Shown here in pieces: positions 13,299 to 26,324 of a DNA stretch of 64,000 bases. The translations under genes and the position numbers were made by a program. Position 1 is the first letter of the stretch; the number at the start of each line of letters is the position of its first letter. The stretch is from assembly GCF_006345805.1 (NCBI RefSeq), contig NC_043007.1, positions 52,700,001 through 52,764,000 of the forward strand, given 5' to 3'. The stretch comes from Octopus sinensis. Taxonomy: Eukaryota. The notes beneath the pieces were generated by a model. That model did no database searches. It saw only the letters and a program-made list of their open reading frames with translations, and was not told where the DNA came from.

Positions 13299-13748
13299 TC
13301 ATTGGTTTACAGCTGTTCTCTCTAGTCTATGCATGTCCTCTGCATTCAGAGTGCATGTCTCACTACCATGGAGTATAGTGGTTTGTAGACAAGCATTATA
13401 CAATCTACCTTTCATTCTGAGAGAGAGTCCTTTCACTGCCAACAGAGGTAGTAGCTCTCTGAACTTCCTCCATCCTATTCTTATTCTAAAAACAATACGT
13501 TTAGAGCATTGAGACCCATTGCTAATTTTGTCACCTTGGTAACAGAAACTATCTACTACCTCAAGAGAGCCTCCTGGGCATTTGAGGGAGTCTAAGTCCT
13601 GTATGCTCTGGGTGCTTATTATTCCTGCACATCTGCCACACATGGAAGTAACCATACCTGTTAATCTACCTGTGATTCCACTGCATCCCTTGTGTGACCA
13701 TAGCTTACACTGGGTGTAACAAATGGATCCATTAACTGTATGCAGCAT
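13299..13748 (-). mobile_element. Older RTE LINE fragment (PHD end to C-terminus)
   Basis: CKLWSHKGCSGITGRL...MCGRC...LEVVDSFCYQGD...LHGSET. Confidence 0.85.
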
Positions 13749-14673
13749 TCATTATTTTTATCATTCATTTTATCATGATTTGCCTATAGCATTATGAAAT
13801 GTCATCTCTGTAAGTTTCACACATTTTTTTTGTTTGTTTTTGCCCTTAATAACTATGTTCCACCTTGTTTGCTTTTCCTTATAGCATTATCAAAAATCTG
13901 ACACACATTTTTAAGGTGTAGCTTTTTCTTTTAAGAAAGAATCACTGATAGGGGGTAGTTATAAAGAAAAACTGCAATTTTGTAAAAAAATTTTCACTTT
14001 TTTCTCTGTTTATAAAAGTTAAAGAATAGAAAAATCGATCCAACTATTCACAGAGGAAGGAGATGAAGGCCAGCATTCATATTTGTGCATTTAAAGAAGA
14101 AACAGTGATGCAGTCAACATAATACTTTGATGTCATTATTACTGCAAAACAGCTCCAACAAAGTAATTGCAGCAGTGACTGCAAAAACAGTAGCACCAAC
14201 TCCATCTTTTAGCTCCCTGTTTACTATCTAAAGCCATGAATACTCATTACTATACTATATATTAATGTAGTTTTAGATACACTATGTATGAATAAAAGAT
14301 GAGATGGTCATAGCGGGAACATCTTTAAACAAAGACCATCGACAAAGTTGCATTAGGTAGTCCTAGATATACTAAGTGAAAGTTGGGTTAGTCACAGAAC
14401 ATATTTGATCACAGGTTAGGGTTAAACAGATCAGGCATTAAACAATAACTACTATTTATTGTAGTGTAGTCCTAGATGCCCTATGCATGAATAAAAGACA
14501 GAATGGTCAGGGTTGGAACATCCTCACTACACTATGTCTCTATAAAACAAGAGGAAGATTACAGATATAGTCACAGACTTGTTAAAAATTCACAAAAGTA
14601 ATTAACAAAAACAAATTTAGCATAATTATTTTAATTTTACTAGATTAATCAACAAAACTTGTTAACCAAACAG

Positions 14674-14679
14674 TTTATT
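14674..14679 (-). promoter_or_regulatory. Candidate VPS54 polyadenylation signal AATAAA
   Basis: AATAAA on the minus strand about 45 nt after the stop codon. The region is AT-rich, so a chance match is possible. Confidence 0.3.
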
Positions 14680-14724
14680 TCAATAAATGTTTGAGATAAA
14701 ATTAGTTAATTAATTAAGGAGTAG

Positions 14725-14836
14725 TCATCTCTCATGGTTTGTGTTCCAAACAGTTTGCAAATCATTAATTATATCAGTAATTCCTTTTAATTGTTTCATG
14801 CTGTTTTCATAAAAATTTATGTCAGCATTGACCAAC
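14725..14836 (-). CDS. VPS54: VPS54 terminal coding exon ((G)LVNADINFYENSMKQLKGITDIINDLQTVWNTNHER*)
   Basis: Acceptor ttctatatttctcatctgttttag. The first nt completes the Gly codon left by the previous exon, followed by 36 codons and TGA. Aligns with the recalled VPS54 end LVTADVAFYTGNLQALKGLKDLDLNMAEIW. Confidence 0.92.
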
Positions 14837-16200
14837 CTAAAACAGATGAGAAATATAGAATTAATGTTAAACACAGTCGAGCAATCATTTTCATCATGTT
14901 TTATTGCTGTGCGGTTAAGAATTTACTTCCCAAGCAAATGGTTTTGAGTTCAGTCCCATTGCATGACATCTCAATCAAGTGTCTCCTAATTTAGTCCTGG
15001 GTTAACCACAGCTTTGTGAGTGGATCTTGTGGGTGGAAACTGAGAAAAGTCTGTAGTGTATGTGTATGATTGACTTGAAATCATGTGATAGTTGTAAATT
15101 AGTGCTACTATCATACAAGTGGTGCTTTTTGTTTCCAATCTTTCATGATAATATGTTCAACAATTAAGGTAAAATAGGTAGAGGTTGGTGACAGGTAAGA
15201 CATCTGATCATAAATCATATGCTTCAGTGACTGCTTTCTGACTCATGCAAACATGGAAAAGTAGACATAAAATAATGATGATGATATATATGTACATACA
15301 TGCTACTGATAACAAGAGGTTATTTGAGGAAACATTATTTGAATGTGAATATTAGTTTCAGCTTGAAGGAGTGAAAACTCAGTATTTAAAATAAATTGCA
15401 TCTCTTGGATCAAATTATTTTAAAATCTAAAAAATATTTTCTAATTAAATATAGGGAAGAAGTATTTTGTGGGCATATTATGCTGCATTGAAATCATTCA
15501 AATGCTTATGATTAAGCATTTGTTATCATGTGTGGTGATGATGTCTAAATGTATTGACATCAAGTGGTAATGAAATACCTCAAAATCAGAGGTATGTTAA
15601 AATATTGAAGTGGGTGTTATGTTATGTGTATAGAGCAGGTTTGAGGAGCCAGTTTTGTGTGCAAATGGAGGGCTGGCCTGGAGAATAGTAGTTTCCAATT
15701 TGATATAATGAACTTGAATCTAGTGAAAATTTCAGTTGGACTTGTCACCAAAGACTACACTGCTGCAGCTCAAACATGGATTTATACTGCAGATTCATTA
15801 TTTTTCAAGTAAGAAAACTTCACAGTTTGTAGCTCAACACTATTCATGAAAAGTGTAGAAAGTAAACATTCACTTATCTCTACACACACATTGTTTTTGT
15901 TATTCAATTTGTTTTACGATGCTGGCATAGCTAGAATGGGTATTTGTTCAAGTCAATATTTAAATGATTATTACAATTATCAATAATATTAATATGCTTA
16001 GTTTTTTTGTTTTTGTACGTACCTGTGGTGTGTATCACACTTATTTCAAAGGAAGAGGTAAAAAGAGAAATAAAAGGTGTTAAGCAAAGGAGGTATACTT
16101 GAAGTGAGTGGCAAAGTGGAAGTGAGGGGAGGGACAGAAGCAGAGGAAGTATGGTTGAAGTAAGAGGCAAAGTGGCAAACAGGAGGAAGAGGGAGGAAGA

Positions 16201-16240
<40 letters not shown>

Positions 16241-17355
16241 CGAGACTGATAGTGCTGAAAGGTAAGAGAAACATAACACATTGAAAGCAGGACAGTTAGA
16301 GGCAAGGAGACATAGAGCGAGAGGGGAGGGAAAAGAGAGAGTTTTAGAGAGATAGACTGAGTGAAGGAAGGGAGTGGACAGAGAATAATAGTCAAAGAGA
16401 ATGAAGCCATTCTCATACAGAAACCGCTGGAAAACTTTTCATTTTCAATGATATATGATAAAGGGGTTGAAAATATGGAAATTGCAAAATGTTGCCTGAC
16501 AGTTATTCTGTCTGTCTGCCTCTCTAACACACACTCTCTCTCCCTCTGTCTGTCTCTCTCTCAGCAAATAGCTATGGATGTTACAATTACTTTTCTACAG
16601 TTGAAGGGAGAGGTAAAATGTTTATCAGTATTTTCAGAGTAGACTGATGCATACATCAAGAGAAAATTAGATACATAGATCAAAAGAAAAGTAGATATGT
16701 AGATACACACACATTGTTAAATTAAAAGCAGGAGAGAGAAGGAGCACAGAGGAAGTGAGAGACAGTAGATACATAGATTGAAAGAAAAGTTGATACATAG
16801 ATATATAGACATGTTAAATCAAAGACAAATAACTACAGCAAATATTGGATGTCACTTTCACTTTTCATTACCACATGAGGACAAAATTAACTCGCAAGTG
16901 GCTGAGTACTCCGCAGGCATGCACACCATTAACATAGTTTTCAGGGAGATTCAGCCTCATACAGAATATGACAAGGCTGGTTCCTTTCAATTACAGCTAC
17001 AGCTCATTTTGGCCAGCTGCGTGAACAGGAGCAACATAAACATTCAAGTAGTTGGAAGAAAATGAAAAAAGATCCTATATAGAGGCAAGAAAATCTTTTT
17101 AGTCATTAGGGTCACTATAGGTGTTAATCCAGTCCTAACAGCAGCATTTGTGGGTCTCATAGATCTGGAGGCCAAGCCTCCAGATAAATACTGATGTGCA
17201 GGCTGTTGTTATCAAACTGAGCGTGAGTCTAGGGCAAAGTCACAACACAACAGAATAGCAATTATTTTGTCTTAGCTTTCACTGCTTATACTAAGCACAT
17301 GACAGTTCTATATTTAAGAGATGAGGAATTATGTACATTTGACGGATATTTGCTA

Positions 17356-17399
17356 ACACAATATTTCAGCTGATATGCTCCCCAGCCTTCATCAGGTGT
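17356..17399 (-). ncRNA. Minimal type I hammerhead-like motif, family F5
   Basis: ACAC-CTGATGA-A-GGCTGG ggagcata TCAGCT-GAAA-TA-TT-GTGT. Confidence 0.7.
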
Positions 17400-17459
17400 C
17401 TTGGGGAAATTTCGAACCTGGGTTCTTGTTCCTAAGGTATTTTTTGATGTTTATTCAGG

Positions 17460-17523
17460 TCACTGCCTGGAATCGAACATGGAATCTTGGGATTAGTAGC
17501 CTGCACTCTTAACCACTACGCCA
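17460..17523 (-). promoter_or_regulatory. tRNA-like A/B-box Pol III promoter inside the PLE pLTR
   Basis: Minus strand TGGCGTAGTGG (A box)...GTTCGATTCC (B box); no complete acceptor stem. Confidence 0.65.
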
Positions 17524-18778
17524 TGGGCAATTATGGAGTGAATTTTTAGGGCTTATAAATCTAATATTCTCCTATCCTTCCTTAATACCGGTTCCCATAT
17601 GCTGATCATATCTGTACTTGGTCTGCTTAGGAGGTTGTTGTGTCCTAGCATATGTGCTGCTTCTTTTAGTTTTCGTATTTTCCAGTGGTGTTCTCTGTCT
17701 ATTATTTTAACTTCATCTCACAAGGGGAGGTGGTCTCCATTTTTCCATACATGATCAGCTTACCCAATTTATCAATATCTCCCCGTGTCATAGCTTTGCG
17801 ATGTTCCTCTACCCTTATTTTGCCTTTGTATAATCTACCACAGCTGCATGGGATGCAATACATGCAGTTCTTGGTCATATTCTCTTCTTTGATGGTTTTA
17901 TTCGAAGGAGATATTTGCGAAGTGTTGTATTACTTTTGAATACTGTCCTGATGTCATATGGGCTGAATATCTTTTGTATCTTTTCACAGAGACCTTTCAC
18001 ATAGGGTAGAAAGACTGTGGACAGTTTATCGGTTTCATCCTCTCTTTTCTTCATAATTGGAGTGGAGAGTAAGCTTTTAGGGTAGTTGTTGCTTAATAGA
18101 TTGTTACTGAGCTTGATCATTTCTTCGTGGTGGGTATCACGATCGCTACTTATATTCATTGCTCAATGTTTTAGGCACTGAGCAATCTCTCTCTTTACAC
18201 TGTATGGATGGTGGGAGTTGAAGTTAAGATATCGTCCAGTGAAGGTTGGCTTGCGGTATACGGATGTCCTGAATCCATACTTGGTGTGTGTTATTAATAC
18301 ATCCAGGAATGCTAGCTGATTGTCTTTTTCTTTTTCCATTGTGAACTGTATACATGGCTTTATTGAGTTCACATGATCTAACAGCACTTGGACATCTTCC
18401 TGGTGGGGCCAGAGTATGACGGTGTCATCAACATATCGCAGCCATAGGGTTGGTTTTAGTGGTGTTGACCCCAAAGCCAAATTCTCAAAGTATTCCATGT
18501 ATATATTGACTATTATCGGTGATAAGGGCGAACCCATAGCTAAACCCTCTTCTTGTTGATATATATCAGTGTCCATACTGAAGTAGGTAGTTTCTACACA
18601 GAAGGTCAACACATCCATCAAATTTCTTATTGGTATACTAGTGCGTTCTTTTAGATGGGTGTCTGTCACTAGTTTTTCTTGAATCCCCGATAGTGCTTAA
18701 CCAGTTGGGACTTAGGTGAACAGACTTATCACAATTAGACTCACCATCTAGTTGGATTCAATGAGGGTATCCTTAATC

Positions 18779-21321
18779 AATTCTGTGAAGTGGGTGGAAT
18801 TCTTCATGTATGATGTTGACTTTCCTGCCAATGGACAGATTATATCCACAAGGAAGCGGCTCAGTGGATGACATGCTGAACCTCTACAGCTCACTATACA
18901 TCTTGATGGAATACCATCCATGTAAATCTTAGGGAGACCGTACATGTGTAGTAGTTTACTATAGTGTTGAGTCAGTTGCTTGTACTTAATTGGTGCAAAG
19001 TGTTCTTTGTTCTTGATCAAGATCTGTGACAACTTCCCCTCTGTTTTCAAAGAAGGGTCTTTCTTTACTTTGCTGTAGCTACCATCACTTGCCAGTTTTT
19101 CCAAGTAGTCAGACTTGTTCATCACCACTGTAGCATTTCCCTTGTCTGCTAGAAGTATTGTGATGGAATTGTCATTGTAGTCGTTTGATAGCGAACTTTT
19201 CTTCCTTAGTGATGTTTGGTTTGGGAAGTTTCACTTTTTCTAGTACCTGTCTCACTTTTCATCTCAGTTCATTTCACTGAGCTTTTGGTATCTTTATGGC
19301 TATCTCTTCAATAGGGGCTGTTATGTCCAAGTATGGTATGCGCTTGATGGTTGTCGCAAAGTTGAGACCTTTGTTTAGTACTGCTTCTTCTGAGCTTTCT
19401 AGATGTCGGCTACTTACATTAATTACTGCTTTCACAGGTGGGTGATGGACTTCAGTCTTCATTCTTTGACCTTTGCGACAACCATCAAGTGCATTCCATA
19501 CTTGGACAAACAAGATGAGGACAAATATCTGTCTAATGTAAATAATAAGCATGACATTTTTGCCTTACAATATAAAACATTTCGTTTTCTTTCATTCTTT
19601 TCAAAAAATGGCACTCCATTTATGACAAGGTTTATTTGATCAATGGAACAGTCTGCTTGTAAAATTAAAGCGCAAGTGGCTAAGTACTCCACAGACATGT
19701 ATACCATAATGTAGTTCTCAGGGAGATTCAGCTTGACTCAGAATGGGATATGGCTGGCCCTTTGAATTAGAGCTACAAGTCATTTTTGCCAGCTGAGTGG
19801 ATTGCAGCAAGGTGAAGTACCTTGCTCAAGAACACAGCGCATCGCCAAGAGTCATACTCATGACTTTATGATCGTGGACCGAATACGCTAACCACTGAGC
19901 TACACACTTTCACTTTCATAACCGTGGAGAAAAGGAGTGAAGTGATAGACAGAGAAAGGAAAGTCTCAGTCACTTAAAATGATAATTAGACTGAAATACA
20001 ATCAATCTTTTCTAAATCCTTTTGTTTTAAAAATGAAGAAGAGGGAAAGTAATGAATAGAGAGAAAGTCTTTCAGGTGTTTACGTTTTCATTCTGGGAGT
20101 TCCAGAATGATCGACTGTTAGTTCTATCTTCTTTCCCCAACCTCCGGTTCTTAATTGTCTTCTTTCATAGTTCTTCATATCTTTTAGTTGGGGGGAATGA
20201 CCAAATCGTTTTTTCAGGTATGTTTAAGATTTCCTCTACAAACTACAAACAAGCTGCCTCGTTTCTTTTTTTCAAACAAAATCTAATGCAAATTTCAAAC
20301 AGGTTTTAGCTATGAAAAGAGCCCAGAAAAATGGGTATTACCCACTACAAAATGGGTGGCTACACAAAATTCAACTCTATAATTTAAAGATTATGGTATA
20401 CATGTCTGTGGAGTACTTAGCCACTTGCGCTTTAATTTTACAAGCAGACTGTTCCATTGATCAAATAAACCTTGTCATAAATGGAGTGCCATTTTTTGAA
20501 AAGAATGAAAGAAAACAAAATGTTTTATATTGTAAGGCAAAAATGTCATGCTTATTATTTACATTAGACAGATATTTGTCCTCATCTTGTTTGTCCAAGT
20601 ATGGAATGCACTTGATGGTTGTCGCAAAGGTCAAAGAATGAAGACTGAAGTCCATCACCCACCTGTGAAAGCAGTAATTAATGTAAGTAGCCGACATCTA
20701 GAAAGCTCAGAAGAAGCAGTACTAAACAAAGGTCTCAACTTTGCGACAACCATCAAGCGCATACCATACTTGGACATAACAGCCCCTATTGAAGAGATAG
20801 CCATAAAGATACCAAAAGCTCAGGGAAATGAACTGAGATGAAAAGTGAGACAGGTACTAGAAAAAGTGAAACTTCCCAAACCAAACATCACTAAGGAAGA
20901 AAAGTTCGCTATCAAACGACTACAATGACAATTCCATCACAATACTTCTAGCAGACAAGGGAAATGCTACAGTGGTGATGAACAAGTCTGACTACTTGGA
21001 AAAACTGGCAAGTGATGGTAGCTACAGCAAAGTAAAGAAAGACCCTTCTTTGAAAACAGAGAGGAAGTTGTCACATATCTTGATCAAGAACAAAGAACAC
21101 TTTGCACCAATTAAGTACAAGCAACTGACTCAACACTATAGTAAACTACTACACATGTACGGTCTCCCTAAGATTTACATGGATGGTATTCCATCAAGAT
21201 GTATAGTGAGCTGTAGAGGTTCAGCATGTCATCCACTGAGCCGCTTCCTTGTGGATATAATCTGTCCATTGGCAGGAAAGTCAACATCATATGTGAAGAA
21301 TTCCACCCACTTCACAGAATT
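18779..21321. repeat. 932-bp inverted repeat (18779-19710 / 20390-21321) with a 679-bp spacer
   Basis: Mirrored ORFs in the track; paired coordinates sum to 40100 at both ends; about six substitutions seen by eye. Confidence 0.95.
19655..19905 (-). mobile_element. tRNA-derived SINE (second family); partial copy at 16880-17040
   Basis: Minus head gtagctcagtggttagcg..., followed by CORE-like tgtgttcttgagcaagg. Confidence 0.7.
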
Positions 21322-23060
21322 TGAAACCACCTTCCAAAAAAAGTCAAGGAAGAAATAATCATAGTTTCATTTGATGTAGTTAATTTATAAACCAGTATAC
21401 CCCATAATTATGGACTAGAGGCAATACAGTTTTGGCTGGACCAATTTCCAGAAGAAATACCAAAAAGGATCAGCAAAGAATTCATTACTAAATTGGTTGA
21501 ATTCATCCTACATAATAACCACTTCATGTTTGACAATACATTTTACCGTCAAAAATCCGGAATTGCTCTGGGTACAAGGGCAGCACCAGTCATTGCGAAC
21601 CTAACAATGGGCTACCTGGAAATAATTGTTTACTAGGAATCTTTATCGACCTTTGGAAACCTCCTCTATCAATACATAAAAGAGAATTGGAAACGATTGC
21701 TTTATACTCTGGAATGAAAACACAAATAAACTCCTAAAATTCAAAATCCTATTGAACAGCATCAACCCAAATATACAGTTCACAATGGAATACAACCAAA
21801 AGGAGCTTCCATTCTTAGATATACTAATTAAAAAAATTAACCTTAAAATAGAAACAGACATTTTTTTACAAAGCCACAGATGCTAAACAATACCTACTTT
21901 TTGATTCATGCCACCCAAGACACACTAAAACAAACATCCCTTTCAACCTTGCAAGAAGGATATGCACAATAGTGTCAGAACAAAATATCAGGAACTTTAG
22001 ACTACAAGAACTCAAAAACACCCTAATTGACAGACACTACCCAGCTCAACTCATAGAGGATGGGATCAGACGTGCAACAAAAATCGACATAGAAACTTTG
22101 AGAAAAGTTCAACACAACAACACACCTTCCCCGAAAATACTGCCTTACATATCCACATACAACCCCAGAAACAAAGAAGCCTTCACCATCATCACCCAGA
22201 ATTTACCAATACTTCATAAGGACCCCAAATTAAAGGAAATTCTAAACATACATAAAATCATTAAAAGCTACAAACAACCTAAATCACTTAAAAAGATTCT
22301 CACAAAGGCAAAATTGTTTTCTGAAATTACGGATGCAAAAGTAAAAAAATGTGGTAGATCAAACTGTGCAACATGCCTAAACCTTCTAGAAGGATCAGAA
22401 TTTCTCTTCAAAGAGGGATAAAAATTCAAGATCAAATCTAATTTTACTTGTGCTTCTGAAAACATAATTTATGTCATAAGATGCTCGGGCTGCCACCAAA
22501 ACTACGTGGGGTCCACGGGTCTATCACTCAAACGTAGATGCACACTGCATCGACAACAGATTGCATTCCCAGAAAACAGAATGATACCCTTTAGTGAGCA
22601 TATTGAGAAATGCGCAAAGCAACTACTACCACAATTTTTAATCTTTCCTTTTTATCAATGTGCTATTGGAACACCAACACAAATTAGACTAAACAAGGAA
22701 ACATTCTTCATTAACCACTCTAACATTCTTATACAGAGAAACTCACTCCATTAAATAAATGACACAAGAAATATAAAGTGATTATCTCCCTTACACCGGA
22801 AGAAATCACTCATTACCTCCCCTTACCTGGAACTCTACTTTACACTTCATAACGAAGACATAACACAATGTTTTGAGAAATTTGAAAAGTTAACACGAAA
22901 CCGGTAATTTCTTCAAAAACTATGTCACTGTATGAAAAACTTTTATAACATTCTTCTGACATAATGACTCAAATATATTTTTTAACCTTTTAAAACAAGC
23001 ATTCTGTAGTTTTTTCACTTTTTACTATATATTCAACCACGTGCTTTCACACACCAACTT
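21322..23060 (+). mobile_element. Neptune-type PLE: RT C-terminal part, CxxC linker, GIY-YIG, 3' UTR
   Basis: IVSFDVVNL...GIALGTRAAPVIANLTMGY...FTMEY...PFLD; KCGRSNCATC; FTCASENIIYVIRCSGCHQNYVGSTG; degenerate HHR at 22848-22912 (c-gaaga...GAAA-CCGG-TA). Confidence 0.9.
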
Positions 23061-23092
<32 letters not shown>

Positions 23093-23094
23093 CA

Positions 23095-25300
23095 ATCATC
23101 ATCATCTTTTAACATTCGTTTTCCATGCTAGCATGGGTTGGACAGTTCGACCAGGGTCTGGGAAGCCAGGAGGCTGCACCAGGCTCCAGTCTGATCTGGC
23201 AGTGTTTCTACAGCTGGATGCCCTTCCTAACGCCAAGCACTCCGTGAGTGTAGTGGGTGCTTTTTACGTGTCACCAGCACAGGGGCCAGAGGAGGCTGGC
23301 ACAGAAGCCAGTCAAGGCGGCGCTGGTATCAGCCACGTTTGGATGGTGCTTTTCACGTGCCACTGGCAAGGTTTTCACAACTACAATTTCCATTTGATTT
23401 TTATTTTGATGTTGATGTACTTGACTCAATAGGTCTCCTCAAGCAGAGCAGATTGCCCTATGATCCAAGGTAAGCACAGCAGGTTGTCCTACGATCCAAG
23501 GTACTTTTGAACGGGCTGGGGCTGGTTATGAGAAACTGGTGTAGGATACAGCTGTGAACTCACTTTATTTGTTGGGTCCTCTCAGTCACAGCATATCTCC
23601 AGAGGTCTCGGTCTTTTGTCATTGCCTCTGTGAGGCCCAACATTCAAAGGTCATGCTTGACCACTTCATCCCATGTCTTCCTGAGTCTACCTCTACCGGG
23701 GATTCCTTCAACTGTTTGGGAGTAGCACTTTTTCACACAGCTCTCATTATCCATCCATAGTACATGACCATATTAGTGCAAACGTCTCTCTTGCATGCCA
23801 CATCCAATGTTTCTTATGTCCAACATTTCTCTCAGGGTGCTTACACTCCGTCATGTGTGCACAGTGACATTACACAACCAGCAGATCATGCTAGCTTCAT
23901 TTCTTTCAGCCTACGGATGTCCTCCGCAGTCACAGCCCATGTTTCACTACTGTGAAGCATGGCAGTTCCCACACATGCGACGTACAATCTACCTTTCACT
24001 CTGAGCAAGAGGCCCTTTGTCACCAGTAGGGGTAGCAGCTTTCTAAACTTTGCCTAAAGTATTCTTATTCTAGTGGTAACACTCTCTGAGCATCCAACCC
24101 CACTACTAACTTGGTCACTTAGGTAGCGGAAGTTATTAACTACTTCTAGTTTCTCCCCCTGGAGTGTGATGGAATCTGTTTTCTGAGTATCTGTGGTGTT
24201 TATTGTCCCTGTGCATCCGCTGCACACGAAAGCTATTTTCTCGGTTAATCTTCCTTTGATGTTGCTGCACCTCTTATGTGTCCATAGCTTACACTAGGTA
24301 CATCTTATGGAGTTTCTACCTACACCTTTTCTACAGATCGAGCAGGACCACCTACCTGGGGTGTGTGATGAGTTCGCCTTCCTACTTACTAGAACTTTGG
24401 TCTTTGCTACATTGACTCTAAGGCCTTTTGATTCTAAACTTTGCTTCCACACTCGTAATTTCTTCTCTAGTTCTGGTAGTGATACTGCTATGAGGGCTGG
24501 GTCATCAGCATTAAGGTGCTCCCAGGGGCAAACCATCTGTTATTGCCTGGAGCAACCCGTCTGTTATTATACTATGATGAATAAAAGGGGACTGAGGGCT
24601 GAACCTTGGTGGACCTCTACTTCTACCTGGAATTCTTCACTCTACTCATTGCAAATCCTAACCTTACTAATGGCCTCTCTGTATAGGGCCTGTACAGCCC
24701 TTATTAACCATTCGTCACACTTCAGTTTCCGCATCGTCCACCAGATAAGGGATCGAGGGACCCTGTCAAAGGCTTTCTCCAATCCACAAAAGCTAAGTAT
24801 AGGAGTTTATCTTTAGTTAGTTATTTCTCCTGCAGTTGTCGAACCAGGAATATGGCATCAGTGGTGCTTCCACCTGGCACAAAACCGAACTGCATCTCAT
24901 CTAAGCAGAATCTTTCCCTAAAGAATGGGCTATGACCCTCTGTGTGAGCCTCATCACCTGTTCCAGCAGTTTGATACCCCTGTAGTTATTTCTATCTAGA
25001 GCATCCCCTTTACCCTTGTAGCAGTTGACTATGGTGCTGCTACGCCAGTCATTGGGTATGACTCCATTATGAACTACCTGGTTTACTATGCGGATGACTA
25101 GGCCATAGATGTTTTAAGCATCTCAGCAGTGATTCCTGATGGACCGGGGGCTTTTCCTGGCTTCATACACTTAATTGCTTTATCTACCAGGGAGCTGTCT
25201 ATTCGGATAGCTGATCCCTCTACTGGGTCAATATGTAGCAGGCTTTCCTCCTCCCATTCATTCTCTATGTTCAGCAGTCTTTCATAATGGCTTCTCCAAG
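23095..25300 (-). mobile_element. RTE LINE, degenerate (RT, PHD, C-terminus, 3' UTR)
   Basis: PWEHLNADD, RWSCSICRKGVGRNSIRC, FGFVPGGSTTDA; (CAT)n tail at 23095. Confidence 0.9.
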
Positions 25301-25334
25301 CCTCTTATGCATATATATATATATCTATCTATAT

Positions 25335-26078
25335 ATGCGAGCTTACTTTTCAGGTACATAATGCTGCTGTCCCCCATCCCAGGGGGCCCACACACCCTCA
25401 GAGTTGGCACACTGAAGAGTAGGTCTGGTGAGATGCCACTATGAAAGGTTGCTAAAAGAAGCGAATGACTGGGTGAAGGAGAGTCTGCAAAATGTCGACC
25501 CAACAGAGGGACCAGCTATCCAAATTCACAGTACCATGGTAGATAAAGCAATCAGGGTATTTAGACAGGGAAAGTCCCCACCAGGAATCACCGCAAGGAT
25601 GCTTGAAATGTCTGGTGGTGTCGGCTGTAGTCTAGTCACCTGTATAGACAAGCAGGTGATACATGAAGGAGTCATACCCAATGTCTGCTGTAGCAGCACT
25701 ATAGTTAACTGCTACAAAGGTAAAGGTGATGCTTTAGATACAAATAATTAGAGGTTTCAAGTTGTTGGATCAGGTAATGAAAGTCACAAAGAGGGTCATA
25801 GCCCAACAAATTAGAGAGAAAGTCAGTCTAGATCAGATGCAGTTTGGGTTTGTGCCAGGGTAAAGCACTACTGATGCTATATTTCTGGTAAGAAGAAATA
25901 CCTAGCCACAGATAAACCTTTGTACCTGGCTTTCGTTAATATGGAGAAAGCCTTTGACAGGGTCCCCAATCCCTTATCTAGTGGTCAATGAGGAAATTAG
26001 GGTTACATGAGTGGTTAGTGAGAGCTGTACATGCCCTGTACAGGGATGCTGTCACTAAGGTAAAGGTTGGCAACGAGT
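25335..26078 (+). mobile_element. RTE LINE internally deleted copy (APE start fused to RT), head-to-head with the previous copy
   Basis: HTLRVGTLKSRSGEM joined to RHYERLL...CYKGKGDALD; MRKLGLHEWLVRAVHALYRD. Confidence 0.8.
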
Positions 26079-26275
26079 ATATACACATGTGTATGTATGT
26101 ATATATATATATATATATATATATACTCTTTTATTTGTTTCAGCAGTTTGACTGTGGTCATGCTGGAGCACTGCATTTAGTCGAGCAAATCGACCCCAGG
26201 ACTTATTCTTTGTAAGCCTAGTTCTTATTCTATTGGTCACCAAGCTATGTTGGGGGGACAAACACAGACATTCAA

Positions 26276-26324
<49 letters not shown>

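Larger units (their letters stand above)
17302..19550 (-). mobile_element. Penelope/Poseidon-type PLE: RT, GIY-YIG and 3' pLTR, with an inverted pLTR tail at its 5' end
   Basis: GLAMGSPLSPIIVNIYMEYFE...WLRYVDD...FTMEKE...FLDV (18163-18669); thumb and linker in 17875-18159; the tail sequence aaacaagatgaggacaaatat recurs inverted at 19507-19547. Confidence 0.92.

Noticed and set aside
15736-15808. Plus-strand exon-like segment (cag|...|gtaag) reading GLVTKDYTAAAQTWIYTADSLFFK, vaguely like VPS54 ITKDY...DSLFDK
   Set aside because: Opposite strand to VPS54, weak polypyrimidine tract, motif spacing differs and no partner exons were found; treated as coincidence. RNA-seq could overturn this.
17460-17523. 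tRNA genes (also 19830-19905, 51195-51266, about 57380-57420)
   Set aside because: A/B boxes are present but there are no complete cloverleaf acceptor stems, and they continue into repeat bodies: SINE or pLTR heads, not tRNA genes.
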